Shown piece by piece: positions 58,424 through 64,000 of a DNA stretch of 64,000 nucleotides (position 1 is its first letter; each line of letters opens with the position of its first letter). The stretch comes from Caldisericia bacterium (GTDB taxonomy: Bacteria; Caldisericota; Caldisericia; B22-G15). A model generated the notes under the pieces. It saw only the letters and a list, made by a program, of their open reading frames with translations. It was not told where the DNA came from and made no database searches. The stretch lies in assembly GCA_030018355.1 (NCBI GenBank), contig JASEFN010000005.1:3712-67711 (forward strand), in the 5' to 3' direction. Made by a program: the position numbers and the translations under genes.

Positions 58424-61400
58424 TGACTCACCTCTTTCTTTTTGTTCTTTCTTTTTCTAGTTGGTAAATAAAATTTAACCTCTTTTTTCTCCTCTTTTTT
58501 CTCAAAATCAGGAATTGTTTTTATATTAATACCTAAGCCTCTTAATTCTCTAACTAAAACCTTAAAAGATTCTGGGATCCCAACTTCCTCAATATCTCTT
58601 CCTTTTACAATACTCTCATATGCTTTTCTTCTGCCTTCAATATCATCAGATTTTATTGTTAACATTTCTTGTAATAAATTTGCAGCACCATATGCTTCTA
58701 AAGCCCAAACTTCCATTTCACCTAATCTTTGACCACCAAATTGAGATTTACCCCCGAGTGGCTGTTGTGTTACTAATGAATATGGACCAGTTGATCTTGC
58801 GTGTACTTTATCTAAAACAAGATGGTTTAATTTCATAATATATGCGTATCCAACAAGGGCTTTTGATTTGAAAGGTTCTCCAGTATATCCATCGTATAAA
58901 ACTTCTTTACTATTAATATCTAAACCAGCCTTCTTTAACCATTCTTCAATTTCTTCTTCTTTTAAAGGTGTAAAAATTGGAATTTCAAATCTAATTCCTA
59001 ATTTATAGGCAGCATAACCTAACATTGTTTCTAAAGTTTGACCTATGTTCATTCTTGAAGGCACTGAAAGTGGTGAAAGCACTATATCAACTGGAGTTCC
59101 ATCTGCTCTAAATGGCATATCTTCTTCTGGAAGAATAGCAGCAACAACTCCTTTATTACCATGTCGTCCAGCCATCTTATCTCCAACCATAATTTTTCTT
59201 TTCTGAGCAACAAGTATTTTAACCAATTTCTCAATACCAACGGGTAGTTCATCTCCTTTATCTTTTGAATAAACTTTTGTCAAAATCACAGTTCCAAATT
59301 CACCTGGAGGAAGTCTTAATGAATTATCTACAACATCTTTTCCTTTTTCTCCAAACATTGCACGCCAAATTTTTGATTCAGGTGATGTATCAACTTCTGC
59401 TTTTGGAGCAAGTTTTCCAACAAGAATATCACCAGGTTTAACTTCAGCACCAACTCTTACTATTCCTTCTTCTGTTAAATTTCTTAATTCTGATTCATCG
59501 ACATTAGGTATATCTTTTGTTAAAATTTCAGGTCCTGCTTTAGTTTCTCTAACCATTGTTGTATACTCTTTTATATGAATTGATGTATATACATCATCTT
59601 TTACCAATCTCTCACTAATTAAAATAGCATCTTGATAGTTGTAACCTCTCCATGGTAAATAGGCAACTAGAAGGTTTCTTCCTAATGATAGAATTCCATC
59701 TTTAATTGCTTGACCATCAACAATAATATCTCCCTTTTTAACTGTATCACCTTTTTTTACTATAGGTCTTGAATTTATACATGTATCTTGATTTGATCTT
59801 GCAAATTTTTTTAATTCATATACTCTTTCTTCCTTTTTATTTTTTATAACTATTCTATCTGCAGAAACTTCTTTGACAACCCCATCTATATCTGAAATAA
59901 CTATGCTTGGATCATGCCTTGCAACTACTTTTTCCATTCCTGTTCCAACAATTGGTGGCTCTGGAAAAAGAAGAGGTACAGCTTGTCTTTGCATATTACA
60001 ACCCATAAGCGCTCTATTTGCATCATCATGATCAAGAAATGGAATCAAAGATGCTGAAACAGAAAAAACTTGAAGAGGTGATATTTCAATAAATTGAATT
60101 TTTTCAAGAGGTATTTTTTCAATAACTTCTCCTTTGTATCTTCCAGTTGCGAAACCATCATTTAACAAATTTCCTTCATCGTCTCTTAAAAGTTCACCTT
60201 TTTTATTAACAGGTGTATTCGCTTGGGCAATGTAATACTTTTCTTCTTCAAGTGCTTCAAGATAAACAATTTCATCAGTTAATTTACCATTTACAACTTT
60301 TCTATATGGAGTTGTTATAAATCCATATTCATTTATTTTTGCATAAACTGTTAACGAATTAATTAAACCAATATTTTGACCTTCTGGAGTTTCTATTGGG
60401 CATATTCTTCCATAATGAGATGGATGAATATCTCTTACCTCTAAACCTGCAGTTTCACGAGTTAATCCACCTGGGCCCATTGAGGAGAGTCTTCTTTTAT
60501 GAGTAAGTGATGAAAGAGGATTTGTTTGTTCCATAAATTGTGAAAGTTGACCAGTTCCAAAGAAACTTTGTAAAGATGCTGTAATTGGTTTAGAATTTAT
60601 TAGGTGTTGAGCAGTAAACATATCTTCTGAGTATGTGCTAATTCTTCCTTTCATAACTTTTACCATTCTGAGGAGACCGTATCTCATATTTACTTCCATC
60701 AATTCGCCTACACCTCTAACATATCTATTCCCTAGATGATCTATATCATCTAATTTCTCTTGGTTATTTTTTATCTTTATTGCATGTCTTATAATTGCAA
60801 CTATATCATCAAATGTAACAATATTATCTTTTAGAGACAAACCAAATTTTTGATTTATTTTATGTCTTCCAACATCTGAAAGATAGTTTCTTTTTTGATC
60901 AAAAAATGTAACATTAATTAAATTTTTTGCAGATTCTAAAAGAACTCTTTCTCCTGGTCTCAATTTTCTATATATATCAAGAATAGCATCTTCTTGAGTT
61001 TTATTTGTATCCTTCTCAAGAGTTTTCTTTATTATAGGATCTACCATCTCTTTATAAATTTCTAAAACATTTATACCTAAATCATAAAGAGTATGAATCT
61101 TTTCACTTGTAACATCTTCTCCTTCATAATAAACGATTTCTCCTGTCACTGGATCGTATATATTTTCACCAAATGTACAAGGTAGATTTTTTTCAAGATC
61201 ATAAATATTCACTTTTATTTTTCTTTTCTCTTTAAAAAGGTCCATTATTTCTTCATCACTCAATTCCTTAAACACTCTTAATATTGTTGGAAAATATAAT
61301 TTTCTTGATCCTTTATTTAATCTAATTACAAGAGTATTAGTTGACTCAACTTCAAATATAAACCATGTGCCTCTTTCTGGTATTAGCCTTGCTTCAAAAA

Positions 61401-61845
61401 GCACTCTGCCTGAATGAGCAGAGGATGGCTTTGTAAAATAGACACCAGGTGCTCTTATTAATTGTGATACAACAGTTCTTTCTGTTCCATTAAAAACAAA
61501 AGATCCATAAGGAGTAATATATGGTATTTCACCTAAAAAAACATCTTGTTCTTTTATTTCACCAGTTCTTTTGTTTGTTATTCTTACTTTTGCTTTTAAT
61601 TTTCCAGCATATGTTAACTTTTTTTCTTTACATTCTTCAACTGAAAGTTCTGGGGGAAATACTTTTGGGTCAAAAAATTCAACAACTGCTTTTGGAGTCT
61701 CAACAGGTGAAATTTCTTCTAAAAGTTTTGGTATTTTTTTATTTATAAAATTATAAAATGAATCTTTTTGAAATTGTAATAAATCAGGAATTTCTAAATT
61801 AGAAAATAAAAATTTATTGAAGTTTATAACTTCTTTTTTCTCCAT
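58420..61845 (-). CDS. rpoB: RNA polymerase beta subunit
   Basis: GRICPIETPEG, MGCNMQRQA, GDKMAGRHGNKG, GGQRLGEME. Confidence 0.98.
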   Translation of the reverse strand: MEKKEVINFNKFLFSNLEIPDLLQFQKDSFYNFINKKIPKLLEEISPVETPKAVVEFFDPKVFPPELSVEECKEKKLTYAGKLKAKVRITNKRTGEIKEQDVFLGEIPYITPYGSFVFNGTERTVVSQLIRAPGVYFTKPSSAHSGRVLFEARLIPERGTWFIFEVESTNTLVIRLNKGSRKLYFPTILRVFKELSDEEIMDLFKEKRKIKVNIYDLEKNLPCTFGENIYDPVTGEIVYYEGEDVTSEKIHTLYDLGINVLEIYKEMVDPIIKKTLEKDTNKTQEDAILDIYRKLRPGERVLLESAKNLINVTFFDQKRNYLSDVGRHKINQKFGLSLKDNIVTFDDIVAIIRHAIKIKNNQEKLDDIDHLGNRYVRGVGELMEVNMRYGLLRMVKVMKGRISTYSEDMFTAQHLINSKPITASLQSFFGTGQLSQFMEQTNPLSSLTHKRRLSSMGPGGLTRETAGLEVRDIHPSHYGRICPIETPEGQNIGLINSLTVYAKINEYGFITTPYRKVVNGKLTDEIVYLEALEEEKYYIAQANTPVNKKGELLRDDEGNLLNDGFATGRYKGEVIEKIPLEKIQFIEISPLQVFSVSASLIPFLDHDDANRALMGCNMQRQAVPLLFPEPPIVGTGMEKVVARHDPSIVISDIDGVVKEVSADRIVIKNKKEERVYELKKFARSNQDTCINSRPIVKKGDTVKKGDIIVDGQAIKDGILSLGRNLLVAYLPWRGYNYQDAILISERLVKDDVYTSIHIKEYTTMVRETKAGPEILTKDIPNVDESELRNLTEEGIVRVGAEVKPGDILVGKLAPKAEVDTSPESKIWRAMFGEKGKDVVDNSLRLPPGEFGTVILTKVYSKDKGDELPVGIEKLVKILVAQKRKIMVGDKMAGRHGNKGVVAAILPEEDMPFRADGTPVDIVLSPLSVPSRMNIGQTLETMLGYAAYKLGIRFEIPIFTPLKEEEIEEWLKKAGLDINSKEVLYDGYTGEPFKSKALVGYAYIMKLNHLVLDKVHARSTGPYSLVTQQPLGGKSQFGGQRLGEMEVWALEAYGAANLLQEMLTIKSDDIEGRRKAYESIVKGRDIEEVGIPESFKVLVRELRGLGINIKTIPDFEKKEEKKEVKFYLPTRKRKNKKKEVSQ

Positions 61846-61868
61846 AATCTCTCCAGTTTAATAAAGGA

Positions 61869-61892
61869 GAACCCCGAAGTTTTTCGGGGTTC
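61869..61892 (-). terminator. Hairpin/attenuator between rplL and rpoB
   Basis: GAACCCCGAA-N4-TTCGGGGTTC followed by a weak TCCTTTATT tail. Confidence 0.65.
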
Positions 61893-61895
61893 AAA

Positions 61896-62276
61896 TTATT
61901 TAATTTCCACTGTTGCGCCAACAGCGGAAAGTTTGTTTTTAAGATCTTCGGCCTCTTCTTTACTCAAACCTTTCTTTACTACTTGAGGTACTGCAGAAAC
62001 CATATCATTTGCTTCTTTTAATGAAATGTTAAGTGCTTCTCTTAATACTTTTATTACTTGAATTTTTGCTTGACCAACACTTGTTAATACAACATCAAAT
62101 GTTGTTTTTTCTACTTCTTGAGCCGCTGCTTGTTGTTGTGCTTGAGGCATTCCTGCCATTGGAACTGCCATTGGCATTCCAGATACACCAAACTTTTCCT
62201 CAAGTGCCTTGACAAACTCAATTAGTTCGACAACACTCATTTTTTCAATTGCTTCTAAGAGTTCCTCTTTTGTCAT
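61896..62276 (-). CDS. rplL: 50S ribosomal protein L7/L12
   Basis: LEEKFGVS, FDVVL, KIQVIK.LR, GATVEIK. Confidence 0.97.
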   Translation of the reverse strand: MTKEELLEAIEKMSVVELIEFVKALEEKFGVSGMPMAVPMAGMPQAQQQAAAQEVEKTTFDVVLTSVGQAKIQVIKVLREALNISLKEANDMVSAVPQVVKKGLSKEEAEDLKNKLSAVGATVEIK

Positions 62277-62290
62277 CTTTAGTTCCTCCT

Positions 62291-62812
62291 TTATTCTTTT
62301 TTACTTTTAATCTCATTTAAGGCATTAATTAGCCTTAACATTGGAGATTTTAATGCATATGAAATTCTAATTAAAGGTGATTTTAATGAATAAATAAGTT
62401 TTCCATATACTTCATTAATAGATGAAATAGTGGATAGAGAGTTAATATCATCTTTTGATAATATAGTTTTACCAAAAATACCACCTTTAATATCAAAATT
62501 TTTCTTATGAGTTTTTAAAAAATTATTTATGCTACTTAAAATCTGGAATGGATCTTCATATGCAAAAACAACTGCAGTTGTTCCATTAAAAATTGAATTA
62601 TTAAGTTTATAACCTTTTTTATCGAATACTTTTTTTAACAAGGTGTTCTTATAAACCTTAAATTCACCTTTTTTAGATTTTAACTCTCTTCTTAAAGGTG
62701 ATATTTCAGATACTGGTAGTTCATTAAAAGTAGTGAAAATAACAATTTTTGTTTCATCTAACTTTTTTTCTATTTCATTTAAGAGTTCGAGTTTTCTTTC
62801 CTTTGTTATCAT
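62291..62812 (-). CDS. rplJ: 50S ribosomal protein L10
   Basis: LRRELK....FKVYKNTL; start ATG 62812 behind AGGAGG. Confidence 0.93.
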   Translation of the reverse strand: MITKERKLELLNEIEKKLDETKIVIFTTFNELPVSEISPLRRELKSKKGEFKVYKNTLLKKVFDKKGYKLNNSIFNGTTAVVFAYEDPFQILSSINNFLKTHKKNFDIKGGIFGKTILSKDDINSLSTISSINEVYGKLIYSLKSPLIRISYALKSPMLRLINALNEIKSKKE

Positions 62813-62827
62813 CTTTCTCCTCCTAAA

Positions 62828-62922
62828 ATTAAAAAGTCCTTCCACCGAAGGACAAGAAAACTTTCTAACTTTCCCTGCCTCGGTGGGCGATAAACATTAA
62901 GCCAAAAGGCACCCACTATCTT
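62828..62922 (-). promoter_or_regulatory. L10 leader with terminator/antiterminator
   Basis: AAGATAGTGGG...TTAAT...CCCACCGAGG resembles the L10 leader consensus; terminator GTCCTTC-ggtg-GAAGGAC-TTTTT (62831-62853). Confidence 0.82.
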
Positions 62923-62929
62923 AGGCTCT

Positions 62930-63625
62930 CTAACCAACTAAGTTTAAAACCTTAATAGTATCTAATTTAATTGAAGGGCCCATAGTTGTAGTAATATAAA
63001 TCGATTTTATATATTGGCCCTTCACAGATTGAGGCTTTGCTTTTAAAATTGCATCAATTAAGGCAATAAAATTTTCTTTAAGTTTTTCTTCATTAAAACT
63101 GACTTTACCAATAACTGAATGAATATTACCTAATTTATCTGTTTTAAATTCAATTTTACCCATTTTAATCTCTTTGATTACTCTTCCAATGTCTTGAGTA
63201 ACTGTTCCTGCTTTAGCATTTGGCATTAATCCTCTTGGTCCTAAAACTTTTCCTAATTTAGATATAGCAGGCATCATATCAGGAGTAGCAACAACTGCAT
63301 CAAATTCAAACCAGCCATTTAAAATTTTTTCTATTGTTTCTTGATCACCAATATAATCTGCTCCTGCTTCTTCGGCTTCTTTAATTTTGTCTCCTCTAAC
63401 AAATGCGAGAACTCTTTTTGTTTTACCAATACCATGAGGTAAAAGAACAGAGCCTCTTACAGTTTGGTCTGTTTGTTTTGGATCTATATTTAATTTTATA
63501 TGTACTTCAACACTTTCGTCAAATTTTGCTGTTCCAAGTTCTTTTATAAGTTTAAATGCTTCATTCGGATCATATGCTTTACCTTTTTCAATCTTCGATA
63601 GTAATGCTTCATATCTCTTACTCAT
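62930..63625 (-). CDS. rplA: 50S ribosomal protein L1
   Basis: KFDESVE, LPHGIGK, LGPRGLMPN, TTMGP. Confidence 0.97.
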   Translation of the reverse strand: MSKRYEALLSKIEKGKAYDPNEAFKLIKELGTAKFDESVEVHIKLNIDPKQTDQTVRGSVLLPHGIGKTKRVLAFVRGDKIKEAEEAGADYIGDQETIEKILNGWFEFDAVVATPDMMPAISKLGKVLGPRGLMPNAKAGTVTQDIGRVIKEIKMGKIEFKTDKLGNIHSVIGKVSFNEEKLKENFIALIDAILKAKPQSVKGQYIKSIYITTTMGPSIKLDTIKVLNLVG

Positions 63626-63635
63626 CTTTCTTCAC

Positions 63636-64000
63636 CTACCTTTCAACTTCTACGCCCATACTTCTTGCTGTACCTTCAACTATTCTCATCGCTGCTTCAA
63701 TATCATCTGTATTTAGATCTTTTAATTTTTTTTCAGCGATCTCTCTAATTTGTTTTTTTGTGAGTCTCCCTACTTTAGTTTTATTTGGTTCACCAGATCC
63801 TTTTTCAATTTTAAGTGTTCTTTTAATGAGTTCTGAAACAGGAGGAGTTTTAATTTCAAAAGTAAAAGTTTTATCTTTATAAACAGTAATTATAACAGGT
63901 AAAATTATACCTTCTTGATCTTTTGTTTTTTGATTAAATTCATTACAAAATTGCATAATATTAACTCCTTTTTGACCAAGGGCTGGACCAATTGGTGGTG
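63636..64000 (-). CDS. rplK: 50S ribosomal protein L11 (5' end outside window)
   Basis: [18 protein letters not shown]...KTPP...GTARSMG. Confidence 0.97.
   Translation of the reverse strand, partial: PPIGPALGQKGVNIMQFCNEFNQKTKDQEGIILPVIITVYKDKTFTFEIKTPPVSELIKRTLKIEKGSGEPNKTKVGRLTKKQIREIAEKKLKDLNTDDIEAAMRIVEGTARSMGVEVER

Noticed and set aside
62813-62845. RplJ N-terminal extension
   Set aside because: It overlaps the L10-leader terminator and the SD; the real start is 62812.

Overview
Very AT-rich, densely coding bacterial chromosome segment made almost entirely of housekeeping genes. No integrase, transposase, prophage or CRISPR array was seen. Contents: pheST; a split PolX-PHP gene; a long minus-strand run (polA-coaE-RecB-like nuclease-gltX, mcsA-mcsB-radA-yacL-ispD-ispF, lepA-hemW-hrcA-rsmE-mtaB-rpsU-phoH-HD-ybeY-dgkA-corC-cdd-tpiA-deoC-recO-rhomboid-pyk-ftsL); tRNA-Ala-leuS-rpmF-plsX-rnc; gltX2-cysS-rlmB; nine tRNAs; a PrsA-like foldase with tig; and rplK-rplA-rplJ-rplL-rpoB-fusA2-rpoC. 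Three secreted proteins carry a copper-amine-oxidase-N ('stalk') domain. Firmicutes-like gene order together with these proteins suggests a Caldisericota-like organism (inference only). Most unusual points: (1) an EF-G2-type gene sits between rpoB and rpoC, tightly joined to both; (2) beta' carries an acidic alphaCTD/NusA-AR-like insert and a triplicated module; (3) several SD-less genes start 7 nt after a TATAAT box, suggesting leaderless translation; (4) PolX lacks its catalytic aspartates and is broken by one in-frame TAA; (5) phoH appears to need an ATA/CTT start; (6) tRNAs abut or overlap CDSs. rpsU and the 5' third of phoH are missing from the supplied ORF track, and several track starts are corrected here.
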